A stretch of 54,540 nt of DNA. Origin: an uncultured delta proteobacterium (GTDB taxonomy: Bacteria > Desulfobacterota > WTBG01 > CAIYCZ01 > CAIRTM01). Every line of letters begins with the position of its first letter. Position 1 is the first letter of the stretch. Positions 1 through 9,951 of this stretch are shown here, in pieces. The position numbers and the translations under genes were made by a program. The stretch covers positions 1 through 54,540 of the forward strand of contig CAWDSQ010000019.1 of the NCBI GenBank assembly GCA_963804955.1, in the 5' to 3' direction. The notes below the pieces were generated by a model. It had not been told where the DNA came from. It searched no databases and was given only the letters and a program-made list of their open reading frames with translations.

Positions 1-98
1 AAATACGCTCATAAAAACAGCAGGTCAGCAGGGCTCCCTGGAGATATGAGACGCAGCAGAATCGGGGGCGAACTACTTAAAATCGTAGAGGACTAAGC

Positions 99-1229
99 AT
101 GGATTACCTCCCTTTCAACAAGCCGTATATGACGGGCAAGGAGCTTTTTTACATTGCCGAGGCGCATTTCAATGGTCATCTTTCCGGGGATGGAAATTTT
201 ACCAGTAAATGCAGTGCGTGGCTGGAGGCGCGGACAGGCGCGAACAAGGCGCTGCTCACGCATTCCTGCACTGCAGCGCTGGAAATGACAGCCATTCTGG
301 CAGACATCAAAGCCGGAGATGAAGTCATCATGCCGTCGTATACCTTCGTTTCAACCGCCAACGCCTTTGTCGTGCGGGGTGGGCTCCCGGTTTTTGTAGA
401 CATTCGTCCCGATACGCTCAACATTGACGAGACTCTGATAGAGGCTGCCATCACGTCACGCACCAGGGCAATCGTTCCTGTTCATTATGCAGGGGTGGCT
501 TGCAAGATGGATGTCATCATGGACATCGCGCAGCGTCATAATCTTTTTGTCATTGAAGATGCCGCGCAGGGCATCATGTCTACCGACCACGGCAGGCCGC
601 TGGGCTCGATTGGCCATCTGGGCGCTTACTCGTTTCACGAGACCAAGAATATCATCGCCGGCGAGGGCGGCGCGCTGCTGATCAACGACAAATGCTTTGC
701 CGACCGCGCTGAAATAATCCGTGAAAAAGGCACCAACCGCAGCCAGTTTTTTCGCGGTCAGGTTGACAAGTACACCTGGGTCGATATCGGCTCCTCCTAC
801 CTGCCCGGTGAAGTTGTCGCGGCCTTCCTGTGGGCTCAGATGGAAGAAGCCGAGACCATCACGGAAAAGCGGCTGGCAATCTGGAACCTATATCATGAGG
901 CCCTGGCGCCATTGGAGGCCAGAGGTGTTCTGCGCCGGCCCGTCATCCCTGAAGGCTGCCGGCATAACGCCCATATGTATTACATTCTTCTGGAGAGCCT
1001 GGAGAAGCGCACCGCTTTGATTAACCGCCTGAAGGATCAGCGCGTGAATGCGGTATTTCACTATGTGCCGTTACACAGCTCCCCGGCCGGCAGAAAATAT
1101 GGGCGGGTTCACGGGAGAATGAATAATTCCGAATCGATATCAGATCGGTTGCTGCGGCTGCCGCTGTGGGTGGGGATGGACAATAAAATGGTAGAGCGCA
1201 TAGTTAAAATTATTGAGTGCAACAGATGA
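99..1229 (+). CDS. wecE: dTDP-4-amino-4,6-dideoxygalactose transaminase (DegT/DnrJ/EryC1/StrS family)
   Basis: Intact 376-aa ORF with SCTAALEM, VPVHYAG, EDAAQG, PLP-lysine motif SFHETKN and EKGTNRSQFFRGQVDKYTW, typical of RffA/WecE. Confidence 0.93.
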   Translation: MDYLPFNKPYMTGKELFYIAEAHFNGHLSGDGNFTSKCSAWLEARTGANKALLTHSCTAALEMTAILADIKAGDEVIMPSYTFVSTANAFVVRGGLPVFVDIRPDTLNIDETLIEAAITSRTRAIVPVHYAGVACKMDVIMDIAQRHNLFVIEDAAQGIMSTDHGRPLGSIGHLGAYSFHETKNIIAGEGGALLINDKCFADRAEIIREKGTNRSQFFRGQVDKYTWVDIGSSYLPGEVVAAFLWAQMEEAETITEKRLAIWNLYHEALAPLEARGVLRRPVIPEGCRHNAHMYYILLESLEKRTALINRLKDQRVNAVFHYVPLHSSPAGRKYGRVHGRMNNSESISDRLLRLPLWVGMDNKMVERIVKIIECNR

Positions 1230-1353
1230 AGTATCGGGAGTCTATCGGAGCAATTCACGGGTAGCAACGATATTTCCGCTCCGCTCAAAATAATCGACAA
1301 AGCACTATCGGCTGCTATCCTGCCGTTCTGTTATGAGAGCCTGACGATACAGG

Positions 1354-2961
1354 TCAGCGGGGGCTCCTGGCAGGGGCAGATTGTTTTTCAGCAAGCTTTA
1401 TAATCTCTCCGGACGCAATGGGCAGCAGCGCTTGGCCTGATAAATAAAAGGCATGCAGGCGTGCTGCATCAAGATTAATTCTTGGAATCATGTCAAACCT
1501 GGAAACATCGATTGACAAACCAATCTGGTTTTCTATGAAAAAGCCTTTATCGTCGAGACGAAGATCCTTCAGATCCGCGATTGTCAATGTAGTGTCCCGG
1601 TACCATACCTGAGGGCCGGCGTTCTTATCGAATGCTCCCAGATCCACCCCGCCCAGCAGAATAGCAGCGCCGTTTGCCGGCGTCGGCAGAAGCAGAAGCA
1701 GTTGTGATTTGACTATGTTTACATGAGCTGCCCGCCTGATTAAATGGTTAGTCCCGTCCGACAGTGTCCACGTCGAGTTGAGCCCTTCGGCGAAAATACG
1801 GTTGCTCTGGATAACCGACAGAAAAATGCACAGTGCGCCCGCACATGCTAAAACTGCATCCCTGTGCCGGCCAACCCCAAGGCACGAGAGGAGATTGCTG
1901 AAAAGAAGAAGCATCGCACAAATAAAGGCGGGCAATGCGTAGGTGGCGTAGTATCGGTAGCAATGATTCGGCATGAAGAGTACCACGAGCAGAGAAAGAA
2001 CTATCCAGAGTGCGAGCCCCCCGAGCAGTTTTGTCCACCGGAATTTCGAAAGGGCTGCAATAATGGCAATAGAAACTATCAGACTGGTAATGGGAAATCG
2101 GGAGAGGCCGCTTTGAACTTTTGCCGAGGGCAAAAAACTTTGCAGCATCCAGCAGGCATACCTGTATGCGTTTTCGAGAACATGCGATCCAAAGGGGACA
2201 AAGACATACGGATTGTCAGCCGGCAGCTTAAAGGGGGAAATGCCTGCTGCGATATTGACGCACAGAGCAAGAAGCAAAACGATACAATGTGGAAGGATCT
2301 GCCGGGCAAGAGACTGGATATTCTTCATCGACCACGTTTCAAGGCGGGTGAGTCCGATGGCTGCCAGGATGAGGGGGAGCAGAATTACGGACTCTTTAAA
2401 TAGAATGCCCGCAAAGAAAGAGAAACCTGATAGCACGGGCCGCCCGGAGAGGAACAGCGCGATAGATGTAAAGAAGAAAAACGCGCCGCCGAGATCGTAA
2501 ATGCCGACTGCCCAGCACAGCGGGTCCAGATGAACCGCTACTGCCGAGGCATAGATCAAACTGCAGAGCACAGCAATGGTGTGCTCCTTCGTCAGCAGTT
2601 TCATGATACGCAGAACCATGCACGCATTCAGCATGTGGATACAGAGAGCCAGAACATGGCACGGCCACGCAGTCTCGCCGAAAGCCTTAAACAGCAGCGC
2701 CAGATAGGTTCGGCCCGCAGGTCGATACGTCAATGCCTCTCTGAAATCGAAAAATTTTTCGATAAGGTGTGCAGTGTCGAACGCGAGACTCTGTCGGAGA
2801 AACACCCAGTCATCTTGAATGAACGGGAGGGTCAGGCATTGCCAGTACGTGGCCACGGTAATGACAAAGAGCAGCAGCGGGTAATGCCATCCAGTGGTTT
2901 GTATCCATGCGGCAGGCTTGTGGGCAGGAGCGCTATCTGTGATAGGATGTGCCGCTAACAT
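1354..2961 (-). CDS. Polytopic membrane protein, GT-C-fold glycosyltransferase-like
   Basis: About 11 hydrophobic segments; N-terminal loop FIQDDW and YRPAG, later KESVILLP and RYYATY, as in GT-C/ArnT/TMTC-like enzymes; ATG start chosen at 2961. Confidence 0.65.
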   Translation of the reverse strand: MLAAHPITDSAPAHKPAAWIQTTGWHYPLLLFVITVATYWQCLTLPFIQDDWVFLRQSLAFDTAHLIEKFFDFREALTYRPAGRTYLALLFKAFGETAWPCHVLALCIHMLNACMVLRIMKLLTKEHTIAVLCSLIYASAVAVHLDPLCWAVGIYDLGGAFFFFTSIALFLSGRPVLSGFSFFAGILFKESVILLPLILAAIGLTRLETWSMKNIQSLARQILPHCIVLLLALCVNIAAGISPFKLPADNPYVFVPFGSHVLENAYRYACWMLQSFLPSAKVQSGLSRFPITSLIVSIAIIAALSKFRWTKLLGGLALWIVLSLLVVLFMPNHCYRYYATYALPAFICAMLLLFSNLLSCLGVGRHRDAVLACAGALCIFLSVIQSNRIFAEGLNSTWTLSDGTNHLIRRAAHVNIVKSQLLLLLPTPANGAAILLGGVDLGAFDKNAGPQVWYRDTTLTIADLKDLRLDDKGFFIENQIGLSIDVSRFDMIPRINLDAARLHAFYLSGQALLPIASGEIIKLAEKQSAPARSPR

Positions 2962-3401
2962 AGTATAAGATCTAGCCAAAAAAAACAGCCACACTGCAGG
3001 GTTGCTTTCGGAAACATTTCAAAATGTCCGGGAGACACATAGTGCACAGCAGAATGCCTCCGCTCCCGGTTGTAAAACTGCAATGCATTTAAAAAATGCC
3101 CATCTGGCTTCAGCCCTCGTTAGGCGGCCACAAAAAGCAATTCGATAGCAGCTGTGTGGAAAATGCATTCAGCAACCCTACTATCATAGCAGTTGCCCTT
3201 GATATGCTCAATAAAAAAACAGACATGAAAACAGACGGAGTTTTTATATAAATTCACATTACCGTTATGATGAATGCGGGCAACTGCCGGAAGCACTCAA
3301 GCGCAAACACCACCTTGTCAGTCAGGAAGATGGGTATGGTGTGTCAAGGTGAATCCTGACGTAGTAGAGAAGGTGGCTTTTTCTGAAGCGGCTTCAAATA
3401 T

Positions 3402-3431
3402 TTGACATTCAACAATCCCCCATGCTATATA
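3402..3431 (+). promoter_or_regulatory. Probable sigma70 promoter of the methyltransferase/GT-C pair
   Basis: TTGACA (3402-3407), 18 nt, TATATA (3426-3431) with an extended TG. Confidence 0.45.
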
Positions 3432-3500
3432 CAAACATCAAACCATTCCAAAGCGATTTTTATCAGTTTATCAGACAAATCGACTCTAATAAAAAATTTC

Positions 3501-4172
3501 ATGTCTCACATACAAAATAATATAAAAAGAGCCCTGATAAAGGCCTATAGTGATCCGGTTGTAAGGATATACTGCACACTCCGCTTCCGAATTATGAATA
3601 CACGCATACTTGAAGAAATCGGGCAGTACCTCCCAAAATCCGGCAACATTATGGATATCGGTTGTGGTTTCGGACTCTTCTCCCATTATTATGCCTTACT
3701 GTATCCAGACTGCAGACTGACCTCACTAGATATTAGTAAAACACGAATACAAACAGCTCTTGAGGCAAGTAAAAAACTCAACATTTTAAATATCACCTTT
3801 TATGCTGCACCGGCAGAACAGCTGTCTGAAATATCAGGGACTTTTCAAGCAGCATATATGCTCGACATCGTACATCACCTTCGTAAAGACAGCTATAAGG
3901 CTTTGTTGCAAACTATTTATGATAAGCTTTCCCCGCAAGGCATACTGATCCTCAAGGATATCGCGACAAAGCCAAAATGGAAGGTATGGTTTACCTGGCT
4001 CTTGGATATGCTTATGAATCCAAAGTCCCCTCCTAATTACGTCAGTATTAGGACTTTACGGAATCAGCTGGAAAAAATCGGTTTCGACGTAAAAATCCAT
4101 GAATTGCGGGATATTCTCCCTTACCCTCATGTCCTCTATGTGTGCAGAAAAAATCTTGAGCGCCAAAATTAA
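3501..4172 (+). CDS. Class I SAM-dependent methyltransferase
   Basis: Motif I IMDIGCGFG, post-I SLDIS, DIVHHL, LSPQGILILKD; ATG at 3501. Confidence 0.85.
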   Translation: MSHIQNNIKRALIKAYSDPVVRIYCTLRFRIMNTRILEEIGQYLPKSGNIMDIGCGFGLFSHYYALLYPDCRLTSLDISKTRIQTALEASKKLNILNITFYAAPAEQLSEISGTFQAAYMLDIVHHLRKDSYKALLQTIYDKLSPQGILILKDIATKPKWKVWFTWLLDMLMNPKSPPNYVSIRTLRNQLEKIGFDVKIHELRDILPYPHVLYVCRKNLERQN

Positions 4173-5756
4173 TTTTTTTTGCTCCAGCCTGCTTACTGCA
4201 GCAGTAATGCTTCTTGTATTTGCTGCGCTTCGCTATGCATGGCAGAGTCTCTCTTGGCAGATGGCGTGAACGATCTGCCCGTCATGCTGTATGACGGTCT
4301 TCTCATAAACGATTTTGGCCGTGTGCCCTATCGTGATTTTTTCGAGACGAATCCTCCCTGCACGATGGTTCTCTATGCGGCAATGCAGCATATCATACAA
4401 GGAAATTTATTGTATGCGCGTATTCTGGATTTAGCAATACTGCTCTCCATATCCGGCTTAACCTGCCTGGCTTTGCGGGCACATGGGCTGCGCTCGGGAC
4501 TTTTGGCGAGCGCTTCTTTTGTGTTTGCGTATATGAATATCGGGCATTGAGCATTCGCTTCAAAGGGAATACCTCTGTATTGTGCCGCTTGCACTGTCAA
4601 TGGCCATTGCCTTCAATGCAACAACGCTACGCAAGCCCTCGTATGTCTATTTTGCACTACTTGGTGCTCTTGCCGGTTTGGTTTTCAGCATCAAACCGCC
4701 ACTGGTTCTCTGCTGGCTGCCGATTATAGCTTATTGTTGCTGTGCAGAAAATCACTGCGAGACAGAGCAACAAAAGCTTATGGGGAATAATCGGCCGCAT
4801 GATGCTCTGTACACTTGCAGGGGCATTGCTTGTTCCCATGGCCCTGCTTGTCTGGTTATATGAATCAGATGCTCTTGGTCCTTTTTGGCGTATGGCGGTC
4901 AATTATTGGCCCTTGTACACAAAGCTATCAGGTCAGGCCGGCATATTAGCGCAGAATCCGTTGGCCGTTTTAAATCGTTACTGGTTTCATACCGTTCTGT
5001 CTGCTGCTCCGTGGTGGAGTGCGATAAGAGCATTCAGCGATTTTGATAAACTTTCTTTTATGGGCTTTATTTCGGCAGCTGTTATTCTAAAAGATAGAAA
5101 TTTTTCTAAACAGATTATTGCTCTCTGGGGGGTTGTTTTTTTAGCGTACCTCTATATCCCTCTTTCAGGGAAGTTTTGGAAGTATCATTATATTCCGCTG
5201 TTTTATGCCTTATCCTTAAGTGCCGGCCTGCTGGTGAGCAAACAATTTCTTAAAAAAATCGATTTCTCACCTTATGCTTCTATAATTATTGCTATTGCGC
5301 TGCTGTGCTGTTTTCCTGCTCCGCGGCAACGATTGGAGCACCTGGAAATTTCCGGAGAGTGCGGGCTTAATAAAAATTGACGATATTGATTTTATCGAGA
5401 ACTATTTAAATAAACACGCTGCGCCCGATGATCTCATAATGCCGATGGAGACGGCTGACGGGGCAATTCATGCGCTCTATAGAATGCAACGGCCGTTAGC
5501 CGGAAAATTTATTTTTGACTTGCAATTTTATCATCATGCAGAGCATCCCTACATTCAGGAATTACGCGCGCAGATGATGACGGATTTAAAAAGACTAAAG
5601 CCGAAATTCATAGTGCGCTCTACCAAACCCTGGCGCACACCCGCGGTAAACCCCTCATGGAACTTTAGTGAGCTTGATTCATTTATCGGTGAAAATTATT
5701 CTCCAGCCACGGAAGGCTCCCGGAGTCTGCAAGTGCTCACTCTCAAACAGAAGTAA
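4156..5756 (+). CDS. GT-C-like membrane glycosyltransferase (several frameshifts, probably assembly indels)
   Basis: Consecutive ORF pieces join into one protein: NDLPVMLY..VPYRDFFETNPP, FSIKPPLVL, GKFWKYHYIP and a C-terminal soluble domain with LKPKFIV. Confidence 0.65.
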
Positions 5757-5806
5757 ACCGGCAATAGGCGTATCCCCCCTGTCCAACAGTGAGCAAATCG
5801 TTAAAG

Positions 5807-6026
5807 TATTTAAAAGCCTACGGCTCAATGGTGGAGGTAAAAAAAGGACTAACCGAATACTTTATGGTCTACAACCAGAAGCGGTGGCACCAAAGTCTTG
5901 ACAGGAAAACCCCGGCTATGGTCTCCTTCGGCACAAATCCGCAGAGACAGGTTGCGGCATGAACCCGGAGCAGTTTCCCATTTATAAATCCCTGTTTCCT
6001 GTCCTAAAAATCCCGGCCGCCGGTGC
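5807..6026 (+). mobile_element. IS3-family remnant: transposase OrfB C-terminus plus right end
   Basis: 5807-5962 translates YLKAYGSMVEVKKGLTEYFMVYNQKRWHQSLDRKTP..QVAA*, the YN..R.HQSL..TP tail of IS3 integrase-core transposases, followed by an IS3-like end sequence (CCATTTATAAAT..CTGTCC). Confidence 0.75.
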
Positions 6027-6132
6027 TGACTGACTGCTGCATAAAAAAACTTTTTCAGAGACGACTACTTTATATTCTGCCCATCCCAAAGCGATTTCTA
6101 TCAATTGCAGTGCAGGCAGTATCAAGACAGCA

Positions 6133-7641
6133 CTAAGATCTAAAAATATTTTTCATATAAAAAGCCAGCGTGTGTTTTCTGCGAAGTTTGGCCAGGTTGT
6201 CTTTTTTTAACAAGGGGATAAGCACCCCCTCACAGGGAATGATTAAAGCATAGGGAATATACAGAAACATTTTCAACAGTTGATGCTTAATGATAAAATC
6301 GACAACTCTTTCAGGGATCATGGGTAATAAGGTAAAAATATTTTTTTTCATTTGCAGTTGCTTTCTCTGTGCCGGGTCTTCAACGGACCCGTACCTGATG
6401 AAGGCTGACTGCTGTTCTCCGTTATTGATTCTCTTGAGATCGTCCCTGGAAAGGAGCCCCTGATCAAAGGCATACGTTGTTATTTGAGCACCGGGATAAT
6501 AGGCCAGGGCAAAAAAGTTTATTCTTTTTAAGTACTTATATTTTTTATAGCAATTAATAGCCACAATAAAATCTTCTTCTTTTTCGTGAGGTATGCCACA
6601 TATATGGTCAACATAGAAGGGGAATTTCATTTTCTCACAGATATCAAATGCTTTAATTAGATTCTCATTTTTTTCGTGCCTGTTTAATATTTCTTTTTTG
6701 ATTTCCTCATTAAAAGTCTGTACGCCGAATTTTATTCTCACACAGCCGCTTTCCTGCAACAGGCCGGCTATCTCTTCATCGAAAAAACTGCTATGTATCT
6801 CACACGTATAAGGAATAGCAATCCGCTGCTTGTATATTGAACAAAACTGTCTTAACCATGCACGGTCATGGGTAAAAACATTATCCAGAAAATAGATGAG
6901 TTGCGGTTGATATTTTGCTTTCACCATAACGAGCTCATTCATCACACTTTCCAGGCTTCTTCTTCGTAAAAAACTTTTATTTGGATATATTTTTTTATAA
7001 ACCGAGTTCGAACAATAGCTGCAGGCAAAAGGGCAGCCCCGGTCAGTCATGGTCAGATACATGTACCGGTATGAAATGTAGGATTCAAAAATTTCCTTGT
7101 CCTTCGGCTCTAATGAGTCAAGATCCTCGACCAGGGGAGACAAATCGTTCTTTATAATGCTTCCATTCTTCTTGAACCATATATTATTGATGCTGTAGGT
7201 TAGCTTGTTTTCAAATATCTGTTTTGCGAGCTCAAGGAACTGCTGTTCACACTCCCCCACTGCAACAGCATCAACAGCACAATCCGCCAATGTTCCTTCC
7301 GGATTACCCGTAGGATGGATACCGCCGAAGATAATGAATGTTTCCGGTAAAATTATTTTAATTTCGGCAGCGAGATATTTGCACCACTGATAAATGTCTG
7401 TGAAAACCGAGAAGGCGACAATTTTCGGCTTGAGTTGAGCGAGAGTTTTCAGTATTTTTTTTCTTTTATCAAAATACTTTGATACGCTCGGTATATTGAT
7501 AAACTCTCCTGAAAAAATACCGGGATCAAACAGCATGGCCGTCTCTATATTATGCCGTTTCAGGGTACCCGCAAGATATTCCAGCCCTAAATTTTCTTCC
7601 CCCTTGTAAACAAATGCAACTATGTTGTTCAACTCTGCCAT
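6133..7641 (-). CDS. B12-binding domain radical SAM protein
   Basis: N-terminal cobalamin-binding domain (LGLEYLAG, IFGGIHPT, GECE), RGCPFACSYC CxxxCxxC motif; AAGGAGG SD upstream; visibly AT-rich. Confidence 0.9.
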   Translation of the reverse strand: MAELNNIVAFVYKGEENLGLEYLAGTLKRHNIETAMLFDPGIFSGEFINIPSVSKYFDKRKKILKTLAQLKPKIVAFSVFTDIYQWCKYLAAEIKIILPETFIIFGGIHPTGNPEGTLADCAVDAVAVGECEQQFLELAKQIFENKLTYSINNIWFKKNGSIIKNDLSPLVEDLDSLEPKDKEIFESYISYRYMYLTMTDRGCPFACSYCSNSVYKKIYPNKSFLRRRSLESVMNELVMVKAKYQPQLIYFLDNVFTHDRAWLRQFCSIYKQRIAIPYTCEIHSSFFDEEIAGLLQESGCVRIKFGVQTFNEEIKKEILNRHEKNENLIKAFDICEKMKFPFYVDHICGIPHEKEEDFIVAINCYKKYKYLKRINFFALAYYPGAQITTYAFDQGLLSRDDLKRINNGEQQSAFIRYGSVEDPAQRKQLQMKKNIFTLLPMIPERVVDFIIKHQLLKMFLYIPYALIIPCEGVLIPLLKKDNLAKLRRKHTLAFYMKNIFRS

Positions 7642-7672
7642 TAGAATCCCTCCTTTTCAGCAGACACCCACA

Positions 7673-8099
7673 TTACCTGAAAAATTTGTGTAGTATGACG
7701 ACCCCTATGCCGCATCGCATATAAAATACCCTGTTGTATGCTATTGTGGCAGGGATTTCAGGCATTTTTTGTGTCGAAAATTTTGTATGTTCTAAAATGC
7801 TTTTTAAAAAAGCAAACCTGTTAATCAGTGCGGACTTGAAACCTGCCCGTTTCAAGTTATGATACATTCTTTTCGGTGACGATTAAAAGCCCAAAAAGCC
7901 TCTTTTCTGCAATCCAGTAAGATCGTCCCCGGAGAGGTTTTTAACGGTGATAACAGCGTTGCCGTATTTTCAATACTACGAATAATCTTCGGTAAGAAGC
8001 TCTATACTCTAAACTCTATTCTCCTTTCACCGCCATAGCATACAACTGTGTTCCCGGGAAAGGGGTAGTTCTGTTAATATAAATCCGGTCACAATTTTC
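7673..8099 (-). pseudogene. Decayed C-terminal fragment of a B12-radical SAM paralog of 9952-11403
   Basis: Translates ENCDRIYINRTTPFPGTQLYAMAVKGE*..IELLTEDYS*Y*KYGNAVITVKNLSGDDLTGLQKRGFLGF*SSPKRMYHNLKRAGFKSALINRFAFLKSILE, colinear with the C-terminus of 9952-11403; contains in-frame nonsense codons. Confidence 0.88.
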
Positions 8100-8195
8100 A
8101 ATGAACATGCGAATTTCCGGTTCTAGATATGGCGTAAGACTCACTTTGCGATGGGTAGAATATAAATTGAGGACGGTTGAGTGTCAATACAAAGT

Positions 8196-8263
8196 TCGCC
8201 GCAAGATATGAGCAGAGCGGTCAGAACCAAAAATAAGCGGCGTTATTAAACATCTTGCGGCGA
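8196..8263. repeat. 12-bp perfect inverted repeat with 44-bp spacer
   Basis: TCGCCGCAAGAT (8196-8207) / ATCTTGCGGCGA (8252-8263). Confidence 0.6.
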
Positions 8264-8337
8264 GGCGGGCGCTTCTGATGTGGTGTTATGTCAACCGGCA
8301 AGCCTGTTTTAATGCGCACCTTGACCTTTCCGATTCC

Positions 8338-8452
8338 GCAGGGGTTTAAAATTTTGAACCCCTACAATCAAATATAGGCTTCAAAGGGGTAATCGGAATC
8401 GGCATTATCATATATGGGGTTTGATTGTAAGGGCGTATAGCCATGCGCCCCT
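8338..8452. repeat. Two degenerate GTAG-type REP palindromes
   Basis: GCAGGGGTTTAAAATTTTGAACCCCTAC and GTAAGGGCGTATAGCCATGCGCCCCT, related to copies at 11927, 19967 and 37042. Confidence 0.7.
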
Positions 8453-8545
8453 TCATGCGGCGAGTTGATCTTTGGTTGCGGTCGTTTTTGCATCTGCCAC
8501 AGCCCCATATGCTGCAAGATATATTTTACTACCTCGGGCTGGTCT

Positions 8546-8752
8546 TCAGTTTTTTGGTCTGATCCGGCATTTTAAAAAAAGTTTGCCCAAAAAGCCAGAC
8601 ATGAAAAAGAACAACGCTATATGAAAATCAATGATAAATTCCAATTGGTAAAAGGCTTGAGAAATGCCTCGTGTGTAGATTTGTTCAAAAGATGCCCATA
8701 AAAAATAAGCTGTATTCCCTGCGCTTAACCGGAAAGCAGTGATCTCAAGCAT
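8546..8752 (-). pseudogene. Truncated acyltransferase-3 fragment
   Basis: 68 aa containing DFHIALFFFMSGFL (the FHMPLFFFISG motif of Acyl_transf_3) but lacking the rest; overlaps the stop of the intact upstream acyltransferase. Confidence 0.55.
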
Positions 8753-9839
8753 CTCCGTGATTTTCAGTCATGGATCGCAGTTTCTTTTTGAGCACGGCAA
8801 GTACCGTTTCAAGGCTGTTATGACAAAAGGCTAATGCCGCGCTTACAAAGATATTCCAACCCAGCGCAGCAAAGTAGATAGCAGGCACAGGCCAGCCGGC
8901 CTTCAGCAGTTTCGGGATAAATAAGTAGGGAATGGATGTAGCAAATCCCTGCCACAGGTAAATTCGATAGGTGTTTTTTCCGCACCACGAAACAAAAGCT
9001 AAGGGTCTGTGAGGAAACTGAGGAAGTTTGTTTTTGTCTTCAAGAACAATAAGCAAACATACTATCATCACCGAATGCATGGAAAAGAGAAGATGAAGCG
9101 CTGTGGGTGGAAACTTTATCTTCTGCAGGTCGGGGAAAGACTGGGGGGTTTGATAGCATGCCAGGAAGGTCAAAATGCCGAGGAGGAGCCATACCGAAAG
9201 TAAATTGCCTATTGAGATTCGTTCCTTCAGTATCTTGAAGGTTGCGCCAGCCAGAAATAGTGAAAGGTAACAGGTTACGGATCTCAAGTTGGAAAACAGA
9301 AACGATGGGGCTACGGGGTAATATCGCTCCATAACAATGAATATTGAAAATATTACAAATAGAGCAACTATGCACGTTTGTTTCTGAGGCATAGAGAGAA
9401 CCACTATTCCAAGCGGCAGAAGCGATAAATAAATTTGAATAAACCACATTGACGCTCCGAAGACAGGGAAATCCCGCCATAGAGGTTGAAGTTTGAGTGA
9501 TGAAACAGCTATCGAACGGAGGCCGGGGTCCGTTTGTATCCCGAACCAGGAGAATAAAGCAAAAGCAACAACCAGGGCCGATATAACTACGACCGCATAG
9601 TCTGTGATCAGACGCCCAAATTGCCTCGCCCCACGGCTCAGAACTTCTTTTGGCTTCATGCTCTGGAGCAAAAAGCCTGAAATGAAAAAAAATACGGGGA
9701 CTTCAAGCAGGAGTGAGGGGTTTCGAGTCCAGTCTGGTAAATAAAGGTATCCAGACCAGAAACAAGTATGCGCGTTTATCGCCAAAAGTATGGTGATGCC
9801 TTTCCAGAAATCAACTGATTTTAAATGCCTTTTACCCAT
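8745..9839 (-). CDS. Acyltransferase family 3 (OafA-like membrane O-acyltransferase)
   Basis: DFWKGITILLAINAH, VPVFFFISG, SMWFIQIY, GKNTYRIYLWQ motifs; about 10 TM segments. Confidence 0.88.
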   Translation of the reverse strand: MGKRHLKSVDFWKGITILLAINAHTCFWSGYLYLPDWTRNPSLLLEVPVFFFISGFLLQSMKPKEVLSRGARQFGRLITDYAVVVISALVVAFALFSWFGIQTDPGLRSIAVSSLKLQPLWRDFPVFGASMWFIQIYLSLLPLGIVVLSMPQKQTCIVALFVIFSIFIVMERYYPVAPSFLFSNLRSVTCYLSLFLAGATFKILKERISIGNLLSVWLLLGILTFLACYQTPQSFPDLQKIKFPPTALHLLFSMHSVMIVCLLIVLEDKNKLPQFPHRPLAFVSWCGKNTYRIYLWQGFATSIPYLFIPKLLKAGWPVPAIYFAALGWNIFVSAALAFCHNSLETVLAVLKKKLRSMTENHGDA

Positions 9840-9951
9840 TTTTGCGCCCAGAAATCATGAGGAACATTGCTGTAGAGTTGAGGTGTAATTTTACGCTACG
9901 AACAGTCCTTTGGGAAAATGGACAGAAGGCGGGGACACTGCGGCATGTGCG

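Noticed and set aside
7883..7978. Selenocysteine or pyrrolysine recoding of the stops in the rSAM remnant
   Set aside because: All three stop types occur, at Gln/Arg/Tyr positions of the paralog, and the N-terminal part of the gene is missing
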